Positions 50,946-63,338 of a stretch of 64,000 nt of DNA are shown here, piece after piece. The stretch lies in contig OZ223270.1 in NCBI GenBank assembly GCA_965140585.1, positions 645,360-709,359 on the forward strand, read 5' to 3'. This DNA comes from Spirochaetia bacterium (GTDB lineage: Bacteria; Spirochaetota; Spirochaetia; UBA9216). Position numbers and translations under genes: made by a program. Every line of letters begins with the position of its first letter. The first letter of the stretch is position 1. The notes beneath the pieces were generated by a model. The model was given only the letters and a program-made list of their open reading frames with translations. It was not told where the DNA came from and did not search any database.

Positions 50946-50978
50946 AGGATGGTATCTGAACTCCATCGGGAAAATTTA

Positions 50979-51344
50979 TCAGCAATTGGTCCTTTGGTGA
51001 AAAATTGCCTTCCACTTTTCATTCTTCATTTTCCATATCGAGCTGCAATTTATCATTGACCTGGAGTTCTTTTTGACTTTTGCAGCAATATAAATTAATA
51101 ATTTACAATCTTCAGAAAGGTTGATTAATTGAGGTTCGTCACTTGTGATATATAAAATTCCGTCGATTTCTTTAAGTATCTGTCCGACCTGATAAATACT
51201 CTGGACTCCGGTCTCACTGATCTCAATACAATTATTTTCAGTTAATTCCATTATCATTTTGGCGTCATTTCTAATTTCATTTCTCATTAGTTTTTCTTCG
51301 TTATACAGAATCTCTTTTTTTATTTGTTTCTCATTCAATTCCAT
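50979..51344 (-). CDS. NTF2-like/DUF4440 family protein
   Basis: EEKL..EIRND..EISETG...CSSIWK..KWKAIFHQRT pattern. Confidence 0.65.
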   Translation of the reverse strand: MELNEKQIKKEILYNEEKLMRNEIRNDAKMIMELTENNCIEISETGVQSIYQVGQILKEIDGILYITSDEPQLINLSEDCKLLIYIAAKVKKNSRSMINCSSIWKMKNEKWKAIFHQRTNC

Positions 51345-51465
51345 ATTATGCCCTTTGCTTAGATACAATGTTAATCAGTTCACACCGTGTAAATGAAATC
51401 TTCCGATGCAAATTTGGAACTCCCTGAATACTTGATTCAGGAAGTTTGAGAGACCTGATATTTTG

Positions 51466-51726
51466 TTATTCTGACTCAAATTTTTCCGAATTCTCTACAT
51501 CTGGTTTACGTGTGTCTCTATGGATGGAAAATTGAATGAAACCCCAGATAAGCCCTGCGGCAATTAAGGATAGGACGCCGATCCACGGAACTATTCCCAA
51601 TAAGTATAAAATCAAACTGGATAAGCCGAATATGATGCCTGTCAACCCCAAATAGACCAGGAGCCAGACCCATAGTTTCTTGTTTTCTAAAGATTTCAGT
51701 AATCTTTTTCCCATTACACTGTTCAT
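51466..51726 (-). CDS. Small 2-TM membrane protein (paralogue of 58793..59047)
   Basis: GGAG RBS. L.NK.(L/I)W...Y..L.G..FG...W......G.IWG pattern shared with 58793..59047. Confidence 0.6.
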   Translation of the reverse strand: MNSVMGKRLLKSLENKKLWVWLLVYLGLTGIIFGLSSLILYLLGIVPWIGVLSLIAAGLIWGFIQFSIHRDTRKPDVENSEKFESE

Positions 51727-51845
51727 AAAAATCTCCAAATACTTGTATGGTATTTAAACAGGTTTTAATCAATAATTTAAGCAGCTCACACAGAATAGAA
51801 AAACTTTGTTAACTCATAATGTGTACAAGCTCTCAGTTTTGATAC

Positions 51846-52097
51846 CTAATTTCTGTCTTTAGCTGCATTGACCTTTATTTCACGGCCTGAAACTTCCTTT
51901 CCGTTTAATGCTTTAGTTGCCTCTTCAGCGGATGAATCTTTCAGCATTTCTACAAATGCAAACCCCTTGGATCGGTTTGTCATTTTATCAGTTATGATAT
52001 TTACTGCATTCACTTCCCCGTACTCTGAGAAAAGGTCTTTCAGTTCAGACTCCTTAACTGTAAAATCGAGGTTTCCTACATAAAGTTTTTTCGACAT
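51846..52097 (-). CDS. RRM RNA-binding protein
   Basis: RNP2 LYVGNL and RNP1 KGFAFVEM. Confidence 0.95.
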   Translation of the reverse strand: MSKKLYVGNLDFTVKESELKDLFSEYGEVNAVNIITDKMTNRSKGFAFVEMLKDSSAEEATKALNGKEVSGREIKVNAAKDRN

Positions 52098-52356
52098 AAT
52101 TACTCCTGCCCCGAATCTGTTCGGGAATACGTTAATTAACCAGTGAGACAGATGATTCTTGGTTATTCTCGCTGATTAGTAAAAGATTATAAAAAGGCAG
52201 GATAGAAAGGATCTATATGCTTCTTTAAAAAAGAAAAACATTTCAACTATAATAAGAAAGATACCTATATGTGGTTCTAATTGATAGTATAACAACGATG
52301 GAATAAAATCAAGTTGGCAACTCTTCAATCAAAATTGTATGTCAGTTGTTGTTCAA

Positions 52357-53421
52357 TCAGTTTTCAAACCACAACATATTTTTTGTGCCGTTTACGGAAC
52401 TTATGGAAAATGTGCCGTGTAACTGTTTGGTCATTGCTTTTATAAGCATAAGTCCGAAGCCATTGGACTTATTAATATCAAATCCGGCCGGTAACCCAAT
52501 TCCGTCGTCCTTTATAATTAAATTTATTAATGATTTATCTCGTTTCAATGAAATATCTATTTTACCTTTTTGGTCGTTATTGAATGCATATTTAAAGGAA
52601 TTCGAGATCATTTCATTTACAATTGCGCCAAGAGGAAAAATCTTTTTTATATCAAGAATAAAATCATCAACTTCAACACTAATTGTAATTTTATGATTTT
52701 CCGGAATGATTTTCAGAATTGAATCAATCAAATCTTCAATATAATGTTTAACGGACAGTTCGCCGTAGCCGTCACCGGGCAGAAGTTTGTCATATACTTG
52801 GTACATGGCCTCTACCCGGTTTATCGTCTCATAAAGTATATTTTTTGCCTCGATATTGGAAACCCGATAGGCTTCAAGAAGCAAACTGCTCTTAATAGAA
52901 TTAATATTATTCTTTATTCTGTGATGTACTTCTTTCAGGATGGTTGTCTTTTCATCAAGTTTATTCTGAGTCAAATCTATTGCTGATTTACGGGTCGTGA
53001 TATCTTCCATTGCGATAAGTATTAGATTCTGTTCTCCTATAATTTTTTGAGCGTTTAGAAGCATTGTTTTTTTACCGGCTAGATCGATTTCTATTTCATA
53101 ATCTTTAATCATCACTCTTTCAGGAAGGATATTCTCGACAAGTGTTTTCAGTTCCGGGATATTCCATAGTCCATAACCTATTTTGTAGAGAGATTCACCG
53201 ATTATTTCATGGGGAATAAGCTTAAAAGTTGAATAGAAGGATTGGTTTACATATAGGATGTGAATATTCATATCAAGAATTATCAGAGGTTCCCGTATAG
53301 TATTTATGATATTCTCGAAGTGGATTAATACTGTTTTATCATTTTCAAGGGCATAAGAAGAGAATTTAGTGATTTTATTCACCTGATATTCATCCAAACA
53401 ATTATTTTCCCCTACTTGCAT
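52357..53421 (-). CDS. Soluble PAS histidine kinase (HisKA_2 type)
   Basis: KEVHHRIKNN H-box, NEMISNSFKYAF, DDGIGLP and GFGL. Confidence 0.9.
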   Translation of the reverse strand: MQVGENNCLDEYQVNKITKFSSYALENDKTVLIHFENIINTIREPLIILDMNIHILYVNQSFYSTFKLIPHEIIGESLYKIGYGLWNIPELKTLVENILPERVMIKDYEIEIDLAGKKTMLLNAQKIIGEQNLILIAMEDITTRKSAIDLTQNKLDEKTTILKEVHHRIKNNINSIKSSLLLEAYRVSNIEAKNILYETINRVEAMYQVYDKLLPGDGYGELSVKHYIEDLIDSILKIIPENHKITISVEVDDFILDIKKIFPLGAIVNEMISNSFKYAFNNDQKGKIDISLKRDKSLINLIIKDDGIGLPAGFDINKSNGFGLMLIKAMTKQLHGTFSISSVNGTKNMLWFEN

Positions 53422-53568
53422 TATACACTATGTATATAGATCTGGGAATTGGGCTATAGATGTTAAGGGTACATTATAACAGGTAGTTTACTAACATTTG
53501 TTATCAGGTTGCATAAATGAAGTTTATAGCTTAGGCTTACAGTCGTAAAGAGGTTGCAAAAAATCATA

Positions 53569-55032
53569 ATGGCCATAGCCGTAAACAGAAAAAGTAATAA
53601 ATTCTATCCGGACTCCAAGCGGGTCATCGCGCGTTTTTATATGCCGGGAGGCGACGGCAGGGCTGAGTTTATTATAAAAAAGGTAATGTCACTCGATGAA
53701 GAAGAGGTTAAAATTACTTTCTCGGGCATTCTAAGAGATTTTACACATCGGCACAGAAATATTACCAAGGTTTTTGACAAACATTTTAATAATATTATAC
53801 ACATTCTTCGTGATTTAAAGATTGAGCCCGAATCACTTTCTTTAAATCGCCAGTTATTAATCGGCGCCTATTTTTCTCATGAATATTCCATCGAATCTGC
53901 TGCTTTTTTCAACCCGTCAATTGTAGAAGATCCGGATCAATCAAATCTTGAGGAAGGAGAGAGGAGGATTATTGTAAGTTTTCGTGCTACAGGAGAAGGT
54001 CATGTTTCATCGATTGTATTCAGAAGTGGAATTATAAATAAGTATAATGAATTGATATTTAAACCGGTGAATCTATTTGTTGAACAGCCGGAAATTATAA
54101 AAACACCGCAATATGACAAGGTAACCTTTCTGTTGAAGCTGGATGAAATGAATATTCATAAAGACATTGTTGAACTGATAATGGACAGGCTTGCAGATCA
54201 GTTTTCTTATGAGGAGTTACAGAAAGCTATTCATAATTGTGCAATGAAAGTTGAATTATCGTACTCTCAAAAAAAAGTAATTCAGTCAATAGTCTGGTTA
54301 GCTGAGGCAAATTATGAAATAAATTTTTCTTTGTATACCTCAATTGCCGAAAGGGTAATTTTTCCCGTTTCAGCCTTTGAAAAAAACGGGATTGAGGACG
54401 CCAGGTTCGTCAGATTTACCGAAGATAACAAAAAAGTGATGTATTACGCTACTTTCACTGCATATAATGGGTTTGCAATCCTGCCTAAGCTGTTGGAAAC
54501 CGAAGATTTTTATCACTTCAAAGTCTATCCTATATTGGGAGCCTGTGCTCAGAATAAGGGAATGGCCCTTTTTCCCAGAAAAATAAACGGGCAATATGCA
54601 ATGATCTCCCGTGTCGACGGGTTCAGAAACTATATAATGTATTCGGATGATATTCAGGAATGGCAGCAGGCTGAAGTAATTGAAGAACCGGAGAATCCCT
54701 GGGAATTTGTACAGATTGGAAACTGCGGATCGCCGGTTGAAACGCAAAATGGATGGCTGTTGGTTACCCATGGGGTCGGCCCGATGCGTAAATACTGCCT
54801 GGGGATCACCTTGCTTGATTTGAATAATCCAGCCAAAGTTATATGTCATCTTGATGAACCGTTGTTGATACCCAATGATGAAGAGCGTGAGGGATATGTT
54901 CCGAATGTAGTATATTCCTGCGGGGCAATAATTCATAATAATGAATTGATTGTTCCCTATGCAATGTCTGATTCGCTTTCTTCCTTCTTCTCGGTATCTC
55001 TGGATGTACTTTTTACCAAATTACTCAAGTAA
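53569..55032 (+). CDS. GH130-family glycosidase/phosphorylase
   Basis: Motifs SAAFFNPS, GIEDARFV, YTA-like FTAYNG, NKGMALFPRKING, GNCGSP and GYVPNVVYSCG. Confidence 0.88.
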   Translation: MAIAVNRKSNKFYPDSKRVIARFYMPGGDGRAEFIIKKVMSLDEEEVKITFSGILRDFTHRHRNITKVFDKHFNNIIHILRDLKIEPESLSLNRQLLIGAYFSHEYSIESAAFFNPSIVEDPDQSNLEEGERRIIVSFRATGEGHVSSIVFRSGIINKYNELIFKPVNLFVEQPEIIKTPQYDKVTFLLKLDEMNIHKDIVELIMDRLADQFSYEELQKAIHNCAMKVELSYSQKKVIQSIVWLAEANYEINFSLYTSIAERVIFPVSAFEKNGIEDARFVRFTEDNKKVMYYATFTAYNGFAILPKLLETEDFYHFKVYPILGACAQNKGMALFPRKINGQYAMISRVDGFRNYIMYSDDIQEWQQAEVIEEPENPWEFVQIGNCGSPVETQNGWLLVTHGVGPMRKYCLGITLLDLNNPAKVICHLDEPLLIPNDEEREGYVPNVVYSCGAIIHNNELIVPYAMSDSLSSFFSVSLDVLFTKLLK

Positions 55033-56029
55033 GGATAGTTTCATAAAGTTTTATATACGACCGTATCATCTTTTCCCGGGAGAAATTTTGTTTGGCCCAG
55101 TTCATACAGAATATTCTGTCAATCTTGCCGACATCTCCAAGTGCTCTTACGGCTTCATCTATTGAACCCACAAGAAAACCGCATTTTTGGTCTACTATCA
55201 ATTCAGGCATAGATCCCTTGTTAAAGGCAACAACCGGAGTTCCGCATAACAATGATTCAGCAACGCTCATGCCGAAGGGTTCATTAAAACTGATGGGATG
55301 AAGCAGGGCGTATGCCCCGCCAAGAAGTTCATTCCTTTTTTCAGGCCCGGAGTTACCGGTAAAAACAATGTCTTCGCGTAAAAAGGGCTCTACACATTTT
55401 TTAAAATATTCCCGGTCCTGAATAATACCGGAAATAATTAGTTTCATGCCGAATTTTTCCGCTATTTTTATAGCTTCGTAAGTGCCTTTATCCGGGTGAA
55501 TCCTGCCGAAATAAAGCAAATAGTCTCCGGCTTTCTCACTGAATGAGAAATCATCCGTTTTTATTCCATTATATACTGTCGCAAGATAATCAAGTTCAGG
55601 GCTTCTGTCTGAATTGCTTATCGATACATAAAAATTAGAATCGTTGTATTTTTTGTAGACAGGAATAATCCTCGGAGAAGAAAAGCCGTGAATAGTTGTA
55701 ATCATCGGTGTATTTATCAGCCTGGAGTATGATAACGGTAAAAAATCATAATTATTATGTATGATGTCAAATTCTCCGGCATGTTCCATCAGGTTTGCGA
55801 TGTGGAGGCATTCCCACACCTTCGGATCAATGGTTTTATCTTCTTCATACGGCCGTTCGCAAACAGATGACAGCTTGCCGGATGTTATGGAATCTCCGGT
55901 TGCAAAGAGAGTAACATCATGGCCCTCTTTCATAAGTCCTTCGGCGATATTCGACGCGACCTGTTCCCAGGGACCGTAATGCCTGGGCGGGGTTCTCCAG
56001 CAGATTGGGGCCAGAACGGCGATTCTCAC
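55025..56029 (-). CDS. GT4 glycosyltransferase
   Basis: Motifs PPRHYGPWE, GRIHPDKG and EPFGMSVAESLLCGTPV. Confidence 0.92.
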   Translation of the reverse strand: MRIAVLAPICWRTPPRHYGPWEQVASNIAEGLMKEGHDVTLFATGDSITSGKLSSVCERPYEEDKTIDPKVWECLHIANLMEHAGEFDIIHNNYDFLPLSYSRLINTPMITTIHGFSSPRIIPVYKKYNDSNFYVSISNSDRSPELDYLATVYNGIKTDDFSFSEKAGDYLLYFGRIHPDKGTYEAIKIAEKFGMKLIISGIIQDREYFKKCVEPFLREDIVFTGNSGPEKRNELLGGAYALLHPISFNEPFGMSVAESLLCGTPVVAFNKGSMPELIVDQKCGFLVGSIDEAVRALGDVGKIDRIFCMNWAKQNFSREKMIRSYIKLYETILT

Positions 56030-58252
56030 AGTCTAGTGCCTGAAAGAATCGTCAGGTGGGCAATTAAAAATGCGAGAATACTCTCGGCTCCCTGATTCCT
56101 GTTAACTCCGTTGCTTTTCAGTCCGTCGTTGCAACCGTGGGTTTCAAAATCATATATAGGAATGCGAAGATCGTTTTCGCCTAAAAACCACATGAATGAA
56201 TCAAACATTTTTCTTAAATATTGATTGTCCAGAGTAACTTCAAAGGCCTGAGAGTACATTAATACCATAGCCATTGCATCAATAGGCTGTTGATCATATT
56301 TTGATCTGATGCCGCCGATATTATACCATCCTTCCGATCCTACAAGAGACAGGTAACCTTCCTTGAAAACGACCTCTTCCAGAAAGTTCATTGTATCCAT
56401 TGCGACACTTAAAACCTTTTCATTTCCGGTTATTCTGAAAGAATGAAATAATGCAAAAGGAATAATTCCGTTATCATAGGATAAACCTGGCTCGAACCAG
56501 AGCCAGTCCCCGGTCTTTTCTGTTTCGTACCTGGTAACAATTTTGGCCGTCAGAGAGTTGAGTATTTCAGTCATATCTTCATCCCAGGGAAATCTGTTCA
56601 TCCACGCGCAGATCCCGACGAGAGTATTCGCGATTCCCCTTATTGAAGTTAATTTTTTAAAACCTGATGAAGCTTTCATGAACATTTCTTTACCCAATTC
56701 AAAATAAGCTTCATTCGGAGGATTTTTTACAAGCTCCCCGATTGCCCATATCGTACGTCCGAAAGAATCCTCGGAACCTTTTTCATCAAGAAAGCTTCTT
56801 TCGAAACTCAAAAAATTTCTGAAAGTGCCGTCCTCATTCTGCATATATTGAATATAACTTAAATAATTCGACATTAAATCCAGAACTTCAATCTCTTTCA
56901 TCTGGTTATAAACCATAATTGCCATCAGCAAAGCCCGTGCATTATCATCAAGACAATATCCGTCTCTGAATCTGGGAATATTGTAGAGCGAATGTTGAAG
57001 AATGCCGATTCTGTCGGTCAATTTATTTACATGCCCGAGGTTAAACTTCGGAAGCAGCAAAGGATTAATTATTAATTCCTGCTGATCTGCTATTCTGGAA
57101 TAAGATTCTATTGCTTTTGCTGTCAGGTGCAGATACGTTTTCCCTATTTCGGACCAGACGGTATTTTTCCCGTAAAGATAGGCACATTTTCTTAACGTCG
57201 CAAGATATTCAGGATTTTCAATAAGTTTGTTGAGTATTTCCGTCAATTTATCGGAGTCGTTGAAATCGAATAATATACCGCGTTTATCCGCTAATAATTC
57301 TTTGGCGTGCCAATATGGAGTCGAAACAACTGCGGCACCCGCTCCTACTGCGTATGACAGAGTCCCGCTTGTTATCTGGACTTCATTTAAATATGGTGTA
57401 ATGTAAATATCGGACGCCGTAAGGTAGCCAAGCAATTCTTCAGTACTTACAAATCGATCATCGAAATATACATGATCTGTAAGGTTGTTTTTTCGAACCA
57501 GGAGTTTGAGATAATTTCTGTATTCTTCTCCGGAGGATTTAACAACAGCCGGATGGGTTTTTCCCAGTATCATATATAAAACTTCCGGATGTCTTTTTAC
57601 TACTTCAGGAAGTGCATTAATTACAGTTTCTATTCCTTTGTTTCGACTCAATAGGCCGAATGTCAGAAGAGTTTTCCTATCTTCAAGATGTAATTTTTTT
57701 TTATAATAATTGTTCTGTGTAAAATCAAAATCAGGGACACCGTGTTCAATTACATCAATTTTTTCAAGAGGTATTTCATAAATATTTGTCAAAAACTCGA
57801 CAGCCAGCCTGCTCATTACGACTATTTTTTCCGCGCGTTTTCCAATCTCGTGGACAATATTTTTTTCATTGTAGGAGGGATCTCTCAGTACGGTATGGAA
57901 TATCACAATCAGGGGAATATCCAGTCTGTAAATTAGAGGCAGGATAAAAACTCCGCTGTTCCCTCCGAATATTCCGAATTCATGCTGCAGAACACAAACA
58001 TCTGCATCACTGAAGTTAATATACTTAACAGCTTCAAGATAATCTTTAGCATGATTTTTATTTATTACATACTTAACCTCTTCAGGGTATACATACTCCT
58101 GATCATTTATTGCAATTACAAAGGCTTCCGCCTGAATGTTCTTTTCTTTCTTGTTTTTAATTAGAGATGTGATAAAGTCTTTGGTGAACGATGCAATTCC
58201 GCATTGCCGCGGAGGATAATTACCTATGCAGGCTATTCTAATTTTTTTTCAT
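56026..58252 (-). CDS. GT4 glycosyltransferase fused to six-hairpin-glycosidase-like domain (apparent +1 frameshift in A8 right after the ATG)
   Basis: ATG(58252)-A8-TTAG. Removing one A gives MKKIRIACIGNYPPRQCGIASFT, and the frame stays open through QHEFGIFGG into the ORF 57906..56026 (QITSGTL, YCLDDNARAL, DQQP, NQGAES). Confidence 0.85.
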
Positions 58253-58348
58253 AGATCTGATGATACCTCTGTCAGTGATGATAAACAAGACGGCAGTACT
58301 GTTGCGTAATTAGTTTGGAGCAATCTCTCTTCTGTTTTTTAACCATTA

Positions 58349-58546
58349 TTATGAAACTTGGTTGAGACGCCTAACAAGTAATCCAAGAATAAACCCTCCC
58401 GCCCCGGTTAAGACCAAAAGAAGAATTACCGGCGCCTCACCGGAAAACCAGAGAAAACGAGTTTGGACAGGGGTTGTGTTTTGTATAACTATCAATAACA
58501 GGGCGAGGCTCACCCCAAATATTAACACCAATTTAATTTTACGCAT
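58349..58546 (-). CDS. LapA/DUF1049-like small membrane protein
   Basis: IVIQNTTPV..FLWF...P.ILL...GFILG pattern. Confidence 0.65.
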   Translation of the reverse strand: MRKIKLVLIFGVSLALLLIVIQNTTPVQTRFLWFSGEAPVILLLVLTGAGGFILGLLVRRLNQVS

Positions 58547-58570
58547 CTTTGTTTCCTCCAAGCCGGTTCT

Positions 58571-58765
58571 TTATATTTTGATAATTGCTATTCTAGAAGC
58601 AGTTCCAAAAACCCCGAAAGCATTCAGAAAAAATAAAATAGCTATGACTACAATAAATATATTCAGGATCTTCCTGACTTTTAAATGCATCGGATTATAG
58701 TTATTGTTCAGCCAAAGAACCACTCCACCAACAACCATTATTATTAATAACTCCAACAGCAGCAT
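58571..58765 (-). CDS. Thivi_2564-like small membrane protein
   Basis: AAGGAGG RBS. VGGVVLWL.N.Y.PM...RKILNI..V....L..L..FG pattern. Confidence 0.65.
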   Translation of the reverse strand: MLLLELLIIMVVGGVVLWLNNNYNPMHLKVRKILNIFIVVIAILFFLNAFGVFGTASRIAIIKI

Positions 58766-58792
58766 ATGCTTACCTCCTTATTCACACGATAT

Positions 58793-59047
58793 TTACTCTT
58801 TCTCTTCAAGCTTTTTTTCTTTCGGCACCTTCGGATATGCTAAAGTTCCCCAAATTATACCGATAGCTATGATTACTATGATAGGTATCCACCATAGCTG
58901 AGACATGAGATACATTGCGGTATAAAATATGCCGAATAGAACCCCACTCAGAATTATATACGCGATCCAGAACGCCCATATCGGTTTGTTCGATAAAAAC
59001 GAGCTGAAACCCTTCTGTGCCGTTTTGCCCGCTTCGTTGATTTCCAT
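58793..59047 (-). CDS. Small 2-TM membrane protein
   Basis: AAGGAG RBS, two hydrophobic helices, paralogue of 51466..51726. Confidence 0.65.
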   Translation of the reverse strand: MEINEAGKTAQKGFSSFLSNKPIWAFWIAYIILSGVLFGIFYTAMYLMSQLWWIPIIVIIAIGIIWGTLAYPKVPKEKKLEEKE

Positions 59048-59101
59048 ATAAAACTCCTTTCATTTCTGTATAAATACAAGTTATTCCTTTTCCCGGCCAT
59101 A

Positions 59102-59123
59102 GTCTGTTCGGTAGCGCACAGAC
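59102..59123. promoter_or_regulatory. CRP/FNR-type palindrome GTCTGT-TCG-N4-CGC-ACAGAC
   Basis: Located between divergent genes. Its centre is ~30 nt upstream of TATATT (59142-59147), i.e. about -41.5 for the atpD promoter. Confidence 0.6.
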
Positions 59124-59135
59124 GAAAAAAATTGA

Positions 59136-60569
<1,434 letters not shown>

Positions 60570-60588
<19 letters not shown>

Positions 60589-60981
60589 TGAATCTTAAAA
60601 TTCTGATGCCTTTCGGTGTCTTCGCGACAGAAAACGGGGGTCACCCGTATCGTCGCTGATACGGGGGGGGGGATCGTATGGAATTCTACCCCGTAGAATG
60701 GACTGCGTAGCCGCACTTATTCCGGGGATCCTCGAATATGAAATTGGTGATGACGGTGAGACATTCCTCGCTGTCGATAGTGGAATATTGATTAAGACTG
60801 GTTTTTAATGTACTTGTTTCCGTGCGTAATGCTATCGGAGGATTGGACCTTCAACAGCTGCAGGAGACCGTTGAACAGGATTTCATGGTCCTTAACGAAC
60901 GCGAACAAAACGTCCGCTTGGTGATGTCCAAAATGGAGAGCGCTTTTCATCCACCGTATTGCCGCATTCGACCATGGATAA
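60570..60981 (+). CDS. atpC: N-ATPase epsilon subunit (several homopolymer frameshifts)
   Basis: MNLKILMPFGVF, GSYGILPRRMDCVAALIPGIL and VSVRNAIGG are recovered after correcting the G5, G10, T5 and T4 runs. Confidence 0.8.
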
Positions 60982-60983
60982 GC

Positions 60984-61286
60984 ATGAAAAAAAACTCACT
61001 TGCCCGGATAATCCGCGCCAAGGCATTGCGCAAGATCAGGGCTAAGCATAGAGGTGTACATGGCGTCTGGTACGGTTTGGGGATGATGGGTCTTATAGGT
61101 TGGTCCGTGACTGTACCGACTCTACTCGGTGCATCTCTCGGTTTCTGGATCGATAAGCGCTTTCCTGGAAGTATTTCATGGACCTTGACGATTTTAATTC
61201 TTGGTCTGATTGCCGGTTGCGCCAATGCCTGGCACTGGGTACGGAAGGAAAGCGCGGAAATGGATGGGGAGGATATTGATGATTGA
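60984..61286 (+). CDS. atpQ: N-ATPase AtpQ (AtpI/AtpZ-like)
   Basis: WYGLGMMGLIGWSVTVPTLLG..G.WID..SWTL..GC.NAW.WV. The true start may be 60974 if the A8 run is an error. Confidence 0.8.
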   Translation: MKKNSLARIIRAKALRKIRAKHRGVHGVWYGLGMMGLIGWSVTVPTLLGASLGFWIDKRFPGSISWTLTILILGLIAGCANAWHWVRKESAEMDGEDIDD

Positions 61287-61591
61287 CATTGTTAGGATGC
61301 TATCGGTTTTTTCTTGCGGGTCTTTTGCTGGGCGGTTTCTTTTTCGCCGGTCTTTTTTGGACGATCAGGCAAGGACTCTTAGCAAACCATCCTGCGTTCT
61401 GGTTTATTGGAAGCTCTTTTGTGCGCATTGCAGTCGTTCTGGGCGGTTTCTACTTGATCTCAGCCGGACAATGGCAGCGGTTGGTGGTCTGCACTGCGGG
61501 ATTCTTTATCGCTCGCGTTGTCATGATTAGATTAACCCGCATGCCGACAAAGCCAAGTTCGACCAAGCAGGAGGTCGGAGATGCGCCTTAG
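61279..61591 (+). CDS. atpR: N-ATPase AtpR (F1F0 subunit 2; +1 frameshift in T-run near 61310)
   Basis: GLLLGGFFFAGLFWT...P..WF.GS..VR...GF..AR, with the conserved Arg pair. Located between atpQ and atpB. Confidence 0.78.
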
Positions 61592-62272
61592 TCCAGACGA
61601 ACTCATATTTTGGGAATACGGCTTCGTCAAACTCAACGCCACCATAGTTTTCACCTGGGGCTTGATGCTTGTCCTGGTGGTCGTATCAATAATCATCACG
61701 CGGAAATTATCGGTTACCAAAAAAAGATCCCGCGCTCAGAATCTTCTGGAAATCATTGTAACAGGAATCGAAAAAACAAATTGAAGAGGTCGGCCTTCCC
61801 CATCCGCGAAAATACATGATTTTTCTGGGTACGCTTTTTTCTTTTCATTGCGTCTGCCAGTCTCTTCACGATAATTCCGGGTTACGAACCGCCGACGGGA
61901 TCTCTTTCGACTACGGTAACACTGGCCACAGGCGTATTCATAGCAGTCCCCTATTTCGGTATCTCGGAACAGGGCTTGGGGAATTACCTCAAAACCTACA
62001 TAAAACCGACATTCATCATGCTACCGTTCAATATCATCAGCGAGCTTTCGAGAACGCTGGCTCTGGCAGTGCGTTTATTCGGAAACATGATGAGCGGCGC
62101 GATGATCATCGCTATTCTGCTTACCATTTCACCCTTCATATTTCCCATCATCATGACGCTTCTGGGCTTGCTCACCGGAATGGTACAAGCCTACATTTTC
62201 AGCATTTTGGCAGCGGTGTATATCGTCGCCGCGACACGGATCCGCAAACCAAAAACGGAAACCGTTAAATAA
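61581..62272 (+). CDS. atpB: N-ATPase a subunit (homopolymer frameshifts)
   Basis: MRLSPDELIFW..LNATIVFTW, PGYEPPTGSLSTT (in an alternate frame), and ELSRTLALAVRLFGNMMSG..GMVQAYIF. Confidence 0.88.
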
Positions 62273-62289
62273 TAAAGGAGGAGTTACGT

Positions 62290-62568
62290 ATGGACAGAAT
62301 GACCATTATCGCCGTTGCGTCGATCATCATCGCAGGCATCACTACCGGTTTCGGAACCATGGGACCCGCACTGGCGGAAGGAAGGGCCGTTGCGAAAGCA
62401 TTGAGTTCTCTTGCTCAGCAACCCGACGCTTCCTCAACCATTACCCGGACATTATTCGTCGGCCTCGCGATGATCGAATCGACCGCGATTTACTGCTTCG
62501 TGGTATCAATGATTCTTATATTCGCCAATCCCTTCTGGAATCATGTCATTGCCGTCGTAGCGAAGTAG
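62290..62568 (+). CDS. atpE: N-ATPase c subunit (Na+-type motif)
   Basis: PALAEG in helix 1, QQPD loop, and ESTAIY in helix 2. Intact. Confidence 0.95.
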   Translation: MDRMTIIAVASIIIAGITTGFGTMGPALAEGRAVAKALSSLAQQPDASSTITRTLFVGLAMIESTAIYCFVVSMILIFANPFWNHVIAVVAK

Positions 62569-62572
62569 CGCC

Positions 62573-63338
62573 ATGAACATAGATTGGTTCACAGTCGTCG
62601 CGCAGGCAGTCAACCTCATCATCCTTCTTTTGTTGATGAAGCGCTTCCTTTATAAACCTATCCTCCATGCTATCGATGAGCGGGAAAAGCGGATTGCCGA
62701 AAAAATTGGATTACGCTGAAACGAAAAAAAACTCGGCACAGAAACAGAAGGAAGAGTATGACCGGAAGACCGAGGATCTAAATCGGCAAAGCGCTGTTTT
62801 TCTTAAAAAAGCTCAGGATGAAGGACAGGCAGAGAGGCTGCGGCTTCTGAAAGAAGCTCGGGAAGCGGCGGAAGATTTGAGCACAAAACGGCGTGAAGCG
62901 TTGGTCACGGAAGAAAAAACCTTGCGCAAAGAGGTCAGTCGACGGATTCAGAACGAGGTACTTGCAATCGCACGAAAGGTATTGACGGACCTTGCAGGAG
63001 CGAGCCTGGAAGAACAGATGGTGGGAGCTTTCACCAAGCGCTTGTGTAATCAGGATGATGTGAAAATAAAGACTCTGACTTCCTCTTTGAAAGCACAGCC
63101 AGGAAAGATTACCCTTCGTACAGCCTTCGATATTTCTCCGGAACTGCGGACCTCTACCGAGGCGTCGATCAAGGAGATCGTCGGAACGAAACAGGAGGTT
63201 ACCTTTGAGACTGCCTCCGAATTGATAAACGGTATAGAACTCAGCGTCAACGGACAGAAAATTGCCTGGAGTGTTGCCGACTATCTATCTTCGGTATCGG
63301 AAGGTTTTGAAGATCTTTTGAAAGAGCAAAGCCGATGA
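62573..63338 (+). CDS. atpF: N-ATPase b(-delta) subunit (+1 frameshift in A-run at ~62700)
   Basis: MNIDWFTVVAQAVN..L.KRFLYKPILHAIDERE, with C-terminal delta-like LINGIELSVNGQKIAWS. Confidence 0.88.
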
